Source: Candidatus Omnitrophota bacterium (GTDB lineage Bacteria > Omnitrophota > Gorgyraeia > Gygaellales > Profunditerraquicolaceae). From it: 64,000 bases of DNA. The position numbers and the translations under genes were made by a program. The notes beneath the pieces are model-generated. The model did not search any database, was not told the DNA's origin, and was given only the letters and a program-made list of their open reading frames with translations. Below, piece after piece: positions 7,917-22,300 of the stretch. The stretch lies in the NCBI GenBank assembly GCA_041661605.1, contig JBAZUE010000002.1:40010-104009 (forward strand), read 5' to 3'. Numbering within the stretch: the stretch's first letter is position 1; the number at the start of each line of letters is the position of its first letter.

Positions 7917-9254
7917 ATGGTAGAACTTACTAAGAACTGGGAAGAAGTGCAAAACGATTTAAAATCCAAGCTGGGAGAAACCATATTTTCCACCTGGATA
8001 GCCCCGTTAAAATTTCATGCCGCAGACACCAAAAACATCAACCTTGAGGCTCCAGATCAATTCTTCAAAGACTGGGTTGAAAAACACTACCTGGGGATTA
8101 TCCAAGAATCCTTAAAAAACAGGGACTTGAATAATCTGTTAGTAAAATTAACCGTAAGCAATATTAAAGAAGACTTGGCCGCACCCAGCAAAACTGTTGA
8201 AGCCAACACTAAAATCACTCCCCCGGGAGGCTTTCTTAATCTTAATCTGCGTTATACATTTGAAAATTTTGTTATCGGACCAGGTAACCGGCACGCTCAC
8301 GCCTATTCGCTCGCAGTTGCTAATTCACCGGCAAAAACATATAACCCATTATTTATTTATGGCGGTGTGGGATTAGGTAAAACACATCTTATTCAAGCTA
8401 TCTGCCACCAAATAAGAAACAACGGTCCTGCAGGGACAAAAATATGTTATATGTCTAGTGAAAAATTTACCAATGAGCTGATTGACGCTATTTTACACCG
8501 CACCACTTCGACCTTCAGGCAAAAATACCGCAATCTTGATGTTCTGGTTATTGACGATATCCACTTTATCGCAGGAAAAGAATCTACCCAGGAAGAATTT
8601 TTTCATACCTTTAACGCTTTATATGATGCACACAAACAAATCGTATTTTCCTCTGACCGTCCGCCAAAAGAAATCACTAATTTACAGGAAAGATTGGTTT
8701 CGCGGTTTGGCTGGGGCCTGGCTACGGATATCCAGCCTCCGGATCTGGAAACCCGGGTTGCGATTCTAAAGAAGAAAATTGAGCGTGAACCCGTAAGCGT
8801 GCCTGATGACGTAATATTTTTTATCGCCCAACTAATTAAAACAAACATCCGCGAATTAGAAGGAGCCTTAATCAGGACAATCGCCTATTCTTTACTGGAA
8901 GAAGAACCGGTAACCCTGCAACTAACCAAAGAAGTTCTTAAGGATTTGTTAAAAGAACCCAAAAGACTAATTACTGTAGATTTTATCCAACGTTGCGTAG
9001 CTGAAGAATTTGGAGTTTCTTTACCGGAATTAAAAACTAAGCGGCGGAATAAACAGGTTGTACTCCCTAGACAAGTTGCCATGTATCTAAGTAGAGAGTT
9101 AACAGATTTATCTCTTCCTGAAATTGGAGAGCTTTTTAATGGAAAAGACCACACCACGGTTTTACATTCTTATAAAAAGATTAAAGAGGATTTACATGCT
9201 AATCCGGAACTAAAAGAGCGGGTAGAAAAAGTTATTCAAGTTATTAAACAGTAA
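7917..9254 (+). CDS. dnaA: chromosomal replication initiator DnaA
   Basis: AAA+ Walker A GGVGLGKTHL, Walker B LVIDDIHF, C-terminal DNA-binding domain. Confidence 0.95.
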   Translation: MVELTKNWEEVQNDLKSKLGETIFSTWIAPLKFHAADTKNINLEAPDQFFKDWVEKHYLGIIQESLKNRDLNNLLVKLTVSNIKEDLAAPSKTVEANTKITPPGGFLNLNLRYTFENFVIGPGNRHAHAYSLAVANSPAKTYNPLFIYGGVGLGKTHLIQAICHQIRNNGPAGTKICYMSSEKFTNELIDAILHRTTSTFRQKYRNLDVLVIDDIHFIAGKESTQEEFFHTFNALYDAHKQIVFSSDRPPKEITNLQERLVSRFGWGLATDIQPPDLETRVAILKKKIEREPVSVPDDVIFFIAQLIKTNIRELEGALIRTIAYSLLEEEPVTLQLTKEVLKDLLKEPKRLITVDFIQRCVAEEFGVSLPELKTKRRNKQVVLPRQVAMYLSRELTDLSLPEIGELFNGKDHTTVLHSYKKIKEDLHANPELKERVEKVIQVIKQ

Positions 9255-9398
9255 TCCCAAGGTTGTTGGACAAAATATTTTATTCTAACTTACTATAAAT
9301 ATATCGGGTTATATAGTTTTTAACAGAAACATAACCCCTTTAATACTACAACGATATTAAGTTTTTAAATATATATATAAATAGAAGGAGATTGAAGA

Positions 9399-10490
9399 AT
9401 GAAATTTAAGGTAGAAAAAAATAATCTAATTATTGCAATTCAGACCGTACAAAATATAATTACCGCAAAATCCGCCTTGCCAATTCTTTCTAATATCCTA
9501 ATTGAGACTCAACAGGATGGTATAAGGCTGACTGCGACTGATTTAGATATAGGGATAACCTGTGTAATCCCTGTGGATATCCAAGAGCAGGGTGCAATCA
9601 CTATACCCGCTAAAAGATTTAGTGATATAGTTAAGGAGTTTCCTGTTGAGGTTATTAGTGTTGCGACTAAAAAAAATAATCTGGTGGTAATTGATTCTGA
9701 ATTGTGCCAGTTTAAAATTATGGGGTTAGCTAAAGAGGAATTTCCTAAATTACCAGAGTTTAAAGATAAAAAAGTTGTTAAGGTTGAACAGGTGAATTTA
9801 AAAGAAATGCTGGCCTTGACTTCTTTTGCGGTGTCTTTTGATGAGTCGAGATATATTTTAAATGGAATACTTTTTAAAATTGATAAGGGGGTTTTGACAC
9901 TTGTTTCTACTGATGGTAAAAGATTAGCAGTCGCAGAGAGAAAATTGAATGTAGATTTAGATGTCAGTGTGAGTATGATTGTTCCAATTAAAACAATACA
10001 TGAGTTGAACCGTAATTTAAAAGAAGAGGGGGAGCTGTCTTTGGTGGTTGGCAGTAACCAGGCGCTTTTTGATTTGGGGGGCGTGGTAATAATTTCGCGT
10101 TTAATTGAAGGTGAATTTCCTGATTATAAACAGGTTGTTCCTCCTGTATCCGATAACAAGGTAAAGATTGGAAGAAACCAATTTTTGTTAGCGGTGAAAA
10201 GAGCGGCGCTTTTAGCCACCCCTGATTATCAGGCGGTAAAATTAGAGGTGTTTAAAAATAAGCTGGTAATTTCTAAGTCTACGCCGGATGTGGGTGAATT
10301 TCATGAAGAATTGGCAGCAGAATACCAGGGCAGGGAAATGATTATTGGGTTTAATCCGGTTTATTTAATGGATATTTTAAAAAATCTCAGCGATGAGGTT
10401 ATTAATCTAGAGTTAACTGATGGAGAAAAACCCGGGGTTGTCCGTATCAGCGGCTATGTTTATATAGTGTTGCCTATGCGCATTAATTAG
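9399..10490 (+). CDS. dnaN: DNA polymerase III beta sliding clamp
   Basis: 363 aa with the three-domain clamp pattern; strong SD GAAGGAG upstream; dnaA-dnaN synteny. Confidence 0.92.
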   Translation: MKFKVEKNNLIIAIQTVQNIITAKSALPILSNILIETQQDGIRLTATDLDIGITCVIPVDIQEQGAITIPAKRFSDIVKEFPVEVISVATKKNNLVVIDSELCQFKIMGLAKEEFPKLPEFKDKKVVKVEQVNLKEMLALTSFAVSFDESRYILNGILFKIDKGVLTLVSTDGKRLAVAERKLNVDLDVSVSMIVPIKTIHELNRNLKEEGELSLVVGSNQALFDLGGVVIISRLIEGEFPDYKQVVPPVSDNKVKIGRNQFLLAVKRAALLATPDYQAVKLEVFKNKLVISKSTPDVGEFHEELAAEYQGREMIIGFNPVYLMDILKNLSDEVINLELTDGEKPGVVRISGYVYIVLPMRIN

Positions 10491-10493
10491 TAG

Positions 10494-13225
<2,732 letters not shown>

Positions 13226-13226
13226 C

Positions 13227-14063
13227 ATGGAAATAATGACGCCGGGAAAATATAAGAAAAGCATCCATCCAGTTGCCATTTTTAAGGAGGCCTGGGGCAT
13301 CTGCAGGAATAATTTAGGAAAATTAGGAGCTATCTATTTTATTTTTAACTTACCGATTATTATTTTTTACTTGACCCCTGTGGCAAGCAAACTACAGGAT
13401 CAGAAACCAAACCTTCAGATGTTTCTCGGGTTTTTTATTCCGGCCTTAATAATCAGCATTTGGTGCCATATTTCTTTATTGTTGGGGGTTAAAAAGGCGG
13501 CTGATCTTGAGGTTTACACAATCGGTCAAAGCATAAAGCAAACAAAAACATTCTTTCTTAAATATTTTGGCACAGTTCTGGTCGTTTTTTTATTTTTGAT
13601 GGGCATGATAATATTGGGGGGTTTATCTGCCGCAATAATTTTACCTTTATTATTGAAAGTTAACAAAATACTGGCTGCGCTGGTTTGTCTTATTTTGGTA
13701 ATCGCACTTATTGTTTTCTTAGCCTATTTTATGATTCTTTGGTCTCTTGCCACAACGGCGTGCGTTCTTGAAAATCTTCGTCCAATTACTGCTTTGAAAA
13801 AAAGCTCATCTTTAATTAAGGACTATGTGCTGGCATCTGCAGGGACTTATTGTTTGATTATACTTGTATATATTGCCTGCCTGCTTCCTTTTATTATTAT
13901 AGGAACATTCCTGGGTCTTGGTAATTATCCCGACCTGGCTAACCGGGTGGGTACAATATACAGCATGTTTATCAATATTGTCTTGGTGCCGTTTTGGTCT
14001 GCGGTCGCAGTAATATTGTATAAAAAATTAAAAGAGGTCTTGGAAAGTCATGTATACGCGTAA
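13227..14063 (+). CDS. hypothetical polytopic membrane protein inserted between gyrB and gyrA
   Basis: 278 aa with about 6 hydrophobic helices and no catalytic motif that I recognise; overlaps the gyrA start by 14 nt. Confidence 0.5.
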   Translation: MEIMTPGKYKKSIHPVAIFKEAWGICRNNLGKLGAIYFIFNLPIIIFYLTPVASKLQDQKPNLQMFLGFFIPALIISIWCHISLLLGVKKAADLEVYTIGQSIKQTKTFFLKYFGTVLVVFLFLMGMIILGGLSAAIILPLLLKVNKILAALVCLILVIALIVFLAYFMILWSLATTACVLENLRPITALKKSSSLIKDYVLASAGTYCLIILVYIACLLPFIIIGTFLGLGNYPDLANRVGTIYSMFINIVLVPFWSAVAVILYKKLKEVLESHVYA

Positions 14064-16482
14064 CGAAAAGATAATACCGGTTTACATCGAAGATGAGGTA
14101 AAAGATTCTTATTTGAATTATGCGATGAGCGTAATCGTTGGCCGCGCCCTGCCTGATGTGCGCGATGGCTTAAAGCCGGTTCATCGCAGGATCCTTTATG
14201 CGATGCAGGAACTTAATCTTGAACACTCCAAGCCTTATAAAAAATGCGCACGCATAGTCGGTGAAACTATGGGTAAGTACCATCCGCATGGAGACATGGC
14301 TATTTATGATACCCTGGTAAGAATGGCGCAGGATTTCACCTTGCGTTATCCTTTAGTCGATGGCCAGGGGAACTTTGGTTCAGTTGACGGAGATGCTGCC
14401 GCAGCTATGCGTTATACCGAAGCCCGGCTTGCCGCAATTTCTGATGAATTGCTCGGGGATATTGAAAAGGATACGGTTGTTTTTGGACCTAATTTCGATT
14501 CTTCTTTAAAAGAGCCTTTGCTGTTGCCAGCCAGCCTGCCTAATCTTTTAGTCAATGGCTCAAGCGGAATTGCCGTAGGCATGGCCACGAATATACCGCC
14601 GCATAATTTAAATGAAGTATGTGATGCGATTGTCTATCTTATCGATAATCCCGATGCAGAAATTAAAGACCTCATGCGTTATATAAAAGGTCCGGATTTT
14701 CCTACCGGAGGATTAATCTGTGGAAAATCCGGGATTAAAGATGCATATATGACAGGAAGAGGCAAGCTTTTGGTGCGCGCCAAAGCAACTGTAGAGCATC
14801 AGAAGAACGGCAAAGACCTGATTATTTTTACCGAGATTCCTTATCAGGTACAGAAATCCGGTGTTATCGAAGCTATTGCAGCTTTAGTTGATGATAAGAA
14901 AATCGAAGGTATATCTGATATACGCGATGAATCGGATAAAGAAGGCATGCGCATTGTGATTGAGCTTAAGCGCGATATTGAACCGCAGATTATTCTAAAC
15001 CAGCTTTTTAAACACACCCAGCTGGAAAATACATTTGGGATTATTATGCTGGCGTTGGTGGATAATCGGCCTAAGGTTTTGAATTTGCGCCAGGTATTGG
15101 ATTGTTATATTGAGCATCGCAAAGTCGTTATCCGCAGGCGTACGCAATTTGAATTAGATAAGGCTTTAAGGCGCGCGCATATTTTAGAAGGATTGAAAAT
15201 CGCGCTTAAATTTATAGACCGGATCATCAAAGTTATTAAGACCTCCAAGAGTGTGGAGAGCGCCAAGGTAAACCTGATTAAGGAGTTCGGGCTTTCCGAG
15301 ATTCAGTCTCAGGCGATTCTTGAGATGCAGTTGCAGCGCCTGACTGCACTTGAACGTGATAAAATTGATGCAGAATATGAAGAACTTTTAAAGAAAATTG
15401 AATTATGCCGGGCGATTTTAGCTTCACAGAAAAAGATCGAAGCCATTATCAAAGAAGAGCTTGAAAACTTAAAGAAAAAGTATGGAGACCAGCGGCGCAC
15501 GGATATTGTAGGGGAAGCAGAAGAGCTGGAGGTCGAAGATTTAATTGCTGAAGAAGACGTGGTGGTAACAATCAGCCACGGAGGTTATATTAAGCGTTTG
15601 CCGGTAAGTTCCTATCGTAAACAAAAACGCGGAGGCACGGGAGCAACGGGCGCGGAGCTTAAGGAAGAGGATTTTAGCGAGCACCTTTTTGTTGCCTCAA
15701 CCAAAGACTATCTGCTTATTTTTACCGATAAAGGCCAGGTGCACTGGTTGAAGGTCTATGAAATACCTCAGGCCAGCCGTATTTCTAAAGGAAAGGCAAT
15801 TGTTAACCTTGTGCAAATGGAGCAGGCAGCTAAGGTTAGTTCAACTATACCGGTAAAGGAATTTTCCCCGGATAAATATTTAGTGATGGTTACTAAGATG
15901 GGCCAAGTCAAAAAAACCAAGCTTGAGGCATACGGCAACCCGCGTAAGGGCGGTATTATCGGGATCACCCTGGATAAAGACGATGTTTTAATTGGAGTAG
16001 AGATGACCGATGGGAAACAAGAGTTGCTTATCGGGACTAAACAGGGTAAGGCAATAAGATTTTCCGAGGAAAAGGTACGCGATATGGGCAGGGGCGCCCA
16101 GGGCGTACGTGCTATATCTTTGGTAAAAAAAGATGAAGTTATCGATATGGTGGTTCCGCAAAAGTCATCTACTATACTTACAGTCACAGCTTTAGGTTTT
16201 GCAAAACGCACCACCATTGATGAATATCGATTGACCAGCCGTGGTGGCAAGGGTGTAATCAATATCAGGGTTACGGAGAAAAACGGTGAAGCCGTAAATT
16301 TAAAATCCGTCAATGATAAGGATGAGCTTATGGTCATTACCCAAAACGGAATATTCTTACGTTGTGCAATAAAGGATATCCGCGAAACCGGCCGTTCATC
16401 CCAAGGTGTGCGGTTAATCAAACTACAGGATAAAGACCGGGTTTCTTGTGTTGCTCCGGTCATTGCCGAAGAAGAAGAGTAA
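14050..16482 (+). CDS. gyrA: DNA gyrase subunit A
   Basis: Active-site region [11 protein letters not shown] and C-terminal beta-pinwheel repeats. Confidence 0.95.
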   Translation: MYTRNEKIIPVYIEDEVKDSYLNYAMSVIVGRALPDVRDGLKPVHRRILYAMQELNLEHSKPYKKCARIVGETMGKYHPHGDMAIYDTLVRMAQDFTLRYPLVDGQGNFGSVDGDAAAAMRYTEARLAAISDELLGDIEKDTVVFGPNFDSSLKEPLLLPASLPNLLVNGSSGIAVGMATNIPPHNLNEVCDAIVYLIDNPDAEIKDLMRYIKGPDFPTGGLICGKSGIKDAYMTGRGKLLVRAKATVEHQKNGKDLIIFTEIPYQVQKSGVIEAIAALVDDKKIEGISDIRDESDKEGMRIVIELKRDIEPQIILNQLFKHTQLENTFGIIMLALVDNRPKVLNLRQVLDCYIEHRKVVIRRRTQFELDKALRRAHILEGLKIALKFIDRIIKVIKTSKSVESAKVNLIKEFGLSEIQSQAILEMQLQRLTALERDKIDAEYEELLKKIELCRAILASQKKIEAIIKEELENLKKKYGDQRRTDIVGEAEELEVEDLIAEEDVVVTISHGGYIKRLPVSSYRKQKRGGTGATGAELKEEDFSEHLFVASTKDYLLIFTDKGQVHWLKVYEIPQASRISKGKAIVNLVQMEQAAKVSSTIPVKEFSPDKYLVMVTKMGQVKKTKLEAYGNPRKGGIIGITLDKDDVLIGVEMTDGKQELLIGTKQGKAIRFSEEKVRDMGRGAQGVRAISLVKKDEVIDMVVPQKSSTILTVTALGFAKRTTIDEYRLTSRGGKGVINIRVTEKNGEAVNLKSVNDKDELMVITQNGIFLRCAIKDIRETGRSSQGVRLIKLQDKDRVSCVAPVIAEEEE

Positions 16483-16487
16483 AATCT

Positions 16488-16562
16488 GACCCTGTCGTCT
16501 AGCCTGGTCCAGGACAAGAGCTTTTCAAGCTCTCGACACGGGTTCAAATCCCGTCAGGGTCA
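16488..16562 (+). tRNA. tRNA-Glu (anticodon UUC)
   Basis: Acceptor GACCCUG/CAGGGUC, anticodon loop UUUUCAA, T-loop UUCAAAU; 75 nt, 5 nt after the gyrA stop. Confidence 0.8.
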
Positions 16563-16704
16563 CTAAAAATGTGGTAAGAGTACTTGGGCCCCACCTCATA
16601 ATAATAAAAAATTTGTAACCAAATTTTTTATATTTGGTGGTGTTTCGCTGGACAAAAGATTTAATGTGCTCAAATTTCGCTAGACCAAAATCAAGGGTGT
16701 TTAC

Positions 16705-18540
16705 ATGTGCGGAATAGTTGGATATATTGGTGAAAGGCCGGCTCAAGAAATACTCTTGACCGGCCTTAAACGTTTGGAGTACCGCGGGTATGATTCCAGC
16801 GGCATAGCTGTAATTCTCCCTGGGAAAAATATCCCGGTAGTCAGGAAAGCCTCAGGTAAAATTAGTGTCTTGGAAAAGCTGCTTAAAACAAAGCATCTTG
16901 AGGGTACGACGGGCATTGCGCATACCCGCTGGGCTACTCATGGCGCGCCTACCCGGGCCAATGCCCATCCGCACGCCGACTGTGAAAATGAAATAACGCT
17001 TGTGCATAACGGGATTATCGAAAACTTTGAAGTCTTAAAAATGCAATTGCTCAAGGAAGGGCATTTGTTCCGCAGCCAGACCGATACTGAAGTTATCGTG
17101 CATCTTATTGAAAAGTTTTATAAGAATATTCCATTGGAAGATGCGGTGCGCAAAGCCATGAAATTAGTAACCGGGTCTTTTGCCATTGCGGTTATCGCCA
17201 AACAAGAGCCGGATAAACTTGTCGGCGCCCGTTCAGGAAGCCCTTTGATCGTGGGGATTGGGAAAGGGGAAAATTTCCTCGCCTCGGATGCCCCGGCAAT
17301 CCTTGAGCACACCAAAGAGATAATCTTCTTAGAGGAAAATGAGGTGGCGGTATTAAATAAAACAAGTTGCGTAATAACGGATCTTAATGGTAAGAGGGTG
17401 GCAAAGCAGATAGTGCGGCTTAACTGGGATATTGAACAGGCACAGAAGCAAGGGTATAAACATTTTATGCTCAAAGAAATCAACGAGCAGCCGCGGATTA
17501 TTGCAAGCCTGCTCAACCTAAGGATCAAGAAGGATAATAGGATTGTTTTTAAAGAACAGAACATCCCGCTTGAGAAACTGAAAACTATCAAGAGTATTTT
17601 TATCGTTGCATGCGGAACAGCATATCACGCCGGTCTGGTGGGTAAATATATTTTGGAGTCTCTTTGTAGAATACCTACATATATAGATGTTTCAAGCGAA
17701 TTTCGCTACAGGGATTTACTTATCGATAAAAACACCCTGGTGTTAGCGATCAGCCAATCCGGTGAAACTGCGGATACCCTGGCAGGGATCAGAGAAGCAA
17801 AAAAGATGGGCGCTTCGGTAATTTCTATATGTAATGTACTGGGTTCAACCTTGACTCGTGAATCAGATGGGGTGATGTATACCCACGCCGGACCTGAAAT
17901 CGGGGTTGCCTCTACTAAGGCCTATACTGCGCAGTTAACTGCGATTTATTTGTTTGCCTTTTATCTGGCAGAAGTGCGCAACCTAATTCCCCAGAATAAA
18001 ATAAATAAATTAATCGAAGAATTAGGCAATATACCCAAGAAACAGGAGGAGATTTTGAAAAAGCAGGATGCTATTGCCCGCGTATCGCACCGGCATTCGC
18101 ATCTAGGATCATTTTTATATTTGGGTAGAAATGTAAATTATCCATCGGCATTGGAAGGGGCGCTGAAATTAAAAGAAATTTCATATATTCCGGCAGAAGG
18201 TTATGCTGCAGGCGAAATGAAACATGGCCCTATCGCCTTAATTGATGAATACCGCGCTGTAGTTTGCATCGCCCCGGAGTCTAAGGTATATGAAAAGATG
18301 GTTTCTAATATTCAAGAGATCCGTTCGCGGCGCGGAAAAATCATTGCAATTGCCACCAAGGGGGATGTTAATATCAAAGAACTGACCGGAGAAGTAATCT
18401 ATATCCCTAAATGCGGTGAATTATTTTCTCCCCTTTTGGTAGTATTGCCCCTGCAGTTATTAGCTTACCATATCGCGGTAAAACGCGGATGCGACGTGGA
18501 TCAGCCGCGTAACCTGGCTAAATCAGTAACCGTGGAATAA
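16705..18540 (+). CDS. glmS: glutamine--fructose-6-phosphate aminotransferase
   Basis: N-terminal MCGIVGY (Cys2 nucleophile), two SIS domains, C-terminal ...SVTVE. Confidence 0.95.
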   Translation: MCGIVGYIGERPAQEILLTGLKRLEYRGYDSSGIAVILPGKNIPVVRKASGKISVLEKLLKTKHLEGTTGIAHTRWATHGAPTRANAHPHADCENEITLVHNGIIENFEVLKMQLLKEGHLFRSQTDTEVIVHLIEKFYKNIPLEDAVRKAMKLVTGSFAIAVIAKQEPDKLVGARSGSPLIVGIGKGENFLASDAPAILEHTKEIIFLEENEVAVLNKTSCVITDLNGKRVAKQIVRLNWDIEQAQKQGYKHFMLKEINEQPRIIASLLNLRIKKDNRIVFKEQNIPLEKLKTIKSIFIVACGTAYHAGLVGKYILESLCRIPTYIDVSSEFRYRDLLIDKNTLVLAISQSGETADTLAGIREAKKMGASVISICNVLGSTLTRESDGVMYTHAGPEIGVASTKAYTAQLTAIYLFAFYLAEVRNLIPQNKINKLIEELGNIPKKQEEILKKQDAIARVSHRHSHLGSFLYLGRNVNYPSALEGALKLKEISYIPAEGYAAGEMKHGPIALIDEYRAVVCIAPESKVYEKMVSNIQEIRSRRGKIIAIATKGDVNIKELTGEVIYIPKCGELFSPLLVVLPLQLLAYHIAVKRGCDVDQPRNLAKSVTVE

Positions 18541-19193
18541 TGCTTTATATCGTCGCTACTCCGGTAGGCAACTTAAAAGATATAACTTTGCGGGCAATTG
18601 AAGTTTTAAAAGATGTTGATTTAATTGCTTGTGAGGATACCCGCCATACTAAGATTTTACTTCAGCATTACAACATAAAAACCCCCACCACCAGTTTTTA
18701 TCAGCATAATAGATTTAGTAAAGGCGAATATATTATAGGTCTCTTAAAAGAAGGTAAAAATATCGCTTTGGTTTCTGATGCCGGTACGCCAGGCATACTT
18801 GATCCGGGATACAATCTGATTAATCTGGCGGTAAAAAATAATCTGGAGATGACTTTTATTCCGGGAGCGGCGGCTTTTATAAATGCGCTGGTACTTTCCG
18901 GAAAGCCGGCTCATGAATTTTTCTTTGCCGGGTTTCTTGTGAACCGTCAGCAGGCGCGTAAAAATCAACTGGAAAAATTAAAACAACTCAACTGTACGGT
19001 TATCTTTTATGAATCCTGCCATAGAATTTTGGCCAGCCTGCAAGATATTCAGGCTGTTTTTGGAGACAAGCAAGTGGTTGTAGCCAGGGAACTTACCAAA
19101 AAGTTCGAAGAAGTAAAACGCGCCAGCGCAAAAGATATCCTGGAGTCTTTCAATAAACAAAAACCCCGCGGCGAATTCGTAGTAATTATATAA
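18540..19193 (+). CDS. rsmI: 16S rRNA (cytidine1402-2'-O)-methyltransferase RsmI (short form)
   Basis: LYIVATPVGNLKDITLRAIEVLKDVDLIACEDTRHTKILL matches the RsmI N-terminus; tetrapyrrole-methylase fold. Confidence 0.8.
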   Translation: MLYIVATPVGNLKDITLRAIEVLKDVDLIACEDTRHTKILLQHYNIKTPTTSFYQHNRFSKGEYIIGLLKEGKNIALVSDAGTPGILDPGYNLINLAVKNNLEMTFIPGAAAFINALVLSGKPAHEFFFAGFLVNRQQARKNQLEKLKQLNCTVIFYESCHRILASLQDIQAVFGDKQVVVARELTKKFEEVKRASAKDILESFNKQKPRGEFVVII

Positions 19194-19354
19194 CCGCAAG
19201 AAAGCGCTTTCCTAAAACTCCCAAAATGCCCTTGTAAGCACTTACCTATAATATATACTTTTTCTAACAAGGCTGATAAATGCCCTCTATATATTGACCT
19301 CGGAGGGCATCCTGCGAGGCCCTGATAACGGCGCAGCGGGACCTTAAGAATAAA

Positions 19355-22300
19355 ATGAAGACAAAATCATCAAGAAGTTTTAAAATCATTGCTATTATTA
19401 TATCCTTTTTACTTGTTTTTGAGCAATCCGGGTTTGCTCAGGTTGCCGGAGAGCTGGATATTTCAAGGCACTTCTTTGCTCTGCAAAATAGCTTCTCCCA
19501 GGAAAGATTCCGCCCACTGCACTTAAGATACCTTGCCTATGATCCGGGAGCCAATAACTTCAATCTGCTTTTAGATAAAGGAGATTTTGTGAAGGGGCTG
19601 TCTCCAAAGGGGGCCGTTCCCGAACAGGAGCTCAAGAATCAAACTAAGGAACTTTTAAATTATTTTTTTATCGGTATATCCCTGCCCAACGAATCGTTCT
19701 GGGTAAATTTAAGGCCAGATGCAGAAGATAATATTATAGATAGTGAATTGGCTGAAACGGATGTAGGAAAGATTCTTTTAGAAGCAGACCTGCAGCTTAA
19801 AAAAGATACAGCCAATTTTACCTCTCCTCAGGCTCCAGAAGGAAAAGACTACTGGGATAAGCTCTACAAGAAGGCAGAAGAGCTATATGGGGATGAAAAC
19901 ATAACTATACCCACGCTAACCCGGCCTTGGATTGTGCCGGATGAAATCATTATCAGAGAGAGCTCTGACAATGCCTATATCTACAAAGCAACGCTCAAAG
20001 TTATGCTTGAGCAGGATTACCTTAAGAATTCATCTACATATAGTTTTCAGGATCAGCGATCCAAAACCTTGAATGAATACTCATCTCAGCTCATCAGAGA
20101 AACTATTATCCCCAAGTTAACCAAAGAAATAAATTCTTCCAAAAGATACGCTCCTTTAAGGCAGGTTTATTACTCGCTTATCCTCGCGCAATGGTTTAAG
20201 CAGAAATTCTATGGCAAATCAGGCTTATATTCTTATCTCATAGACAGGCATAAGCTGGATGGTTTAACTTCTGAAACTCCTTGGTCTAAAACAACTTATT
20301 TTAACTCTTACAGGACTTCTTTTCAGCAGGGAGAATATAATATTAAGGAGCCGCGTTACACTCCCTATGGCCAGACTATCAGGAGTTATATGAGCGGGGG
20401 GTTGGATTTAGGGCAAATAGTATCTTCTGCGATTATACAAGGAGTTGTGCAGGGCAATAAAGATTATGGACCCGGGTCGTTAATTTCTAAACATGGATTA
20501 GGCTTCCATTTTTCAGGTGGCACTGTAAGTAATCCTTTTGGGCTGAAAGTAGATGTAGTTTTGCCTATCGATACAGATATACCAAGAGCGATTGGACAGC
20601 TACCTGTTGTTGGCTCTCCGCTTTCCGGTAATAGCCCTTTATTACAAAAGCAGGCTTCTTCTAGATCGTTGATTTCAAAAAATAATGAAACTAATTTTTT
20701 ATCCCGCGCCTTGAAAAATTTAAGCGCGCTAGCAGGGGCAGTGTTTGTATCCGGAGGCAGATTTAAAAGAGGCACGTTAGAGCGTATACTTAACGGCCAA
20801 GGAATTAATCTTAAAATCGATGTTTCAATCGGGGATATCGCGGATGATTTTATGGAACTGTCTGCTTTTACTGTATTTTTAATTCCCAAAAAAATACTAA
20901 AGGAGTGTGTGAGTAGTTTGGAATTTGGCGCAAATCCTTCAGGCGCTTACACAGATGCTGATGAACCGGGTTTGTACTCCAATGAAGACAAAAGAGTTTA
21001 TATATATCAACGGTCATTCGCTTTCTGGGATGCTTACTTGTTGGCAAGGATAATTTTACATGAGGTAGGCCATGGATTCGAGGGCGGTTTTTCCGAAGAA
21101 GACGCGGGTAAGATAAAAGCGGCGTATTCACTTATCAGGCAGAAAATTTCAAATGGCTATAAGGATTATTCCCTGTATCTTAAACATGATGACAATATTT
21201 TAAGCCTAGATAACAGGAAGGCAATTGTAACATATACCGATAAGCCGGACTCGTCGCAATTTATAGCCGAGTTTTTTAGGGAGTATATTTTAAACGGTGA
21301 GGAATTAAGGGATAAGATAGGAAGCCAGAAAGACAGCGAAGTTAAAGAGGCTTTGGCCACAATCTATAGTATTTATAAGAAACGGTTCAATAGGGAATAT
21401 TATCCAAGAGACGTAAAAAGCCTGCGAGGCATACTGGAGAGAATCCCAGAGACAGTTGGAAAGCATATCGCCAGAGATTATAAGCAATTTAGCGAATTTA
21501 GGGGAGTCGCGGGAATCTTTTATTTGCGCTACGGCTTAACGCTAGATGAATATAGCGCATTGGCTGAAAAAGAAGGGCAGGATGTTGCCCTCGAGTCTCT
21601 TTATAAAACAATAGTTAGCGGTCTTGCGAGTAAAACACAGGTTGAGTTTGAGCAATGGAAACTAAAATTGGCAGCGACCAAACAGGCGCTATATGACAAA
21701 CTTATTTCAGTGCTTCATGATTATGCGCAGGCAATTACGAGTATGCACAGCGGTGATATTGATGATGCGGGATTGCAAAGTATATTACAAGATTTTAGGC
21801 GAGTGTTATTAGAAATTAAAACTCAATCTAGCCCAAAGAGTAATGAATATATTCTCGCTACTGAATACGCGCCCATTGTGTTTAACGTATCGCTTTCCGC
21901 ACTAAGCCAAGAATCGCGCTTGCCATCTCTTGATGATATTTTATCAAAACAGTATCAATCTGCTGGGTCTTCGCTGGAAAGGGGGTTTCGGGATTTACTC
22001 GGTGATTATTATTGGCAAGAGCTGGAACGCCTACAGGTTCAAGGATTTAATGCAAATGACCTTAACGTATCCCTGATGTCTTCGGATAAAGAATCCGCCG
22101 AAACAATTATCAAAGTATTTAGAAAACTGGACATTAATGCGGTATTCCATGCGATAAAAAATGACCCTAAAAGTTTTAATCTTTTGCTTAGAAAGATGTT
22201 GGGCTCAGACAAATTTATTCAATATTTAAAAAACACGCTGGAGTCTTTAGATAGAGACAAGTATATCCTTAATAATGCAGAGCGCTTTAACCAATACATG

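Noticed and set aside
8482-9157. ORFs overlapping dnaA on both strands (8482..8769 +, 8603..8848 -, 8885..9157 -)
   Set aside because: They lie inside the strongly supported dnaA CDS and have no motifs, so they are spurious.
16563-16704. Possible glmS ribozyme in the glmS 5' leader (there is an AT-rich perfect hairpin AAAAAATTTG-taac-CAAATTTTTT at 16606-16629)
   Set aside because: I could not recognise the conserved glmS ribozyme core. The hairpin is more likely a simple terminator or structural element after tRNA-Glu and gyrA. This needs Rfam RF00234 cmsearch to be certain.
15768-16746. Minus-strand ORFs 15768..16547 (259 aa) and 16525..16746 that overlap gyrA and tRNA-Glu
   Set aside because: They are antisense to gyrA and run through a clearly folded tRNA. 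The translation is Ser/Pro-rich and repetitive without motifs.
19194-19354. Promoter for the giant gene in the rsmI-giant gene spacer
   Set aside because: TATAAT (19247-19252) and TATATT-like hexamers are present, but none has a convincing -35 at 16 to 18 nt spacing. This is left unannotated and transcription-start data are needed.
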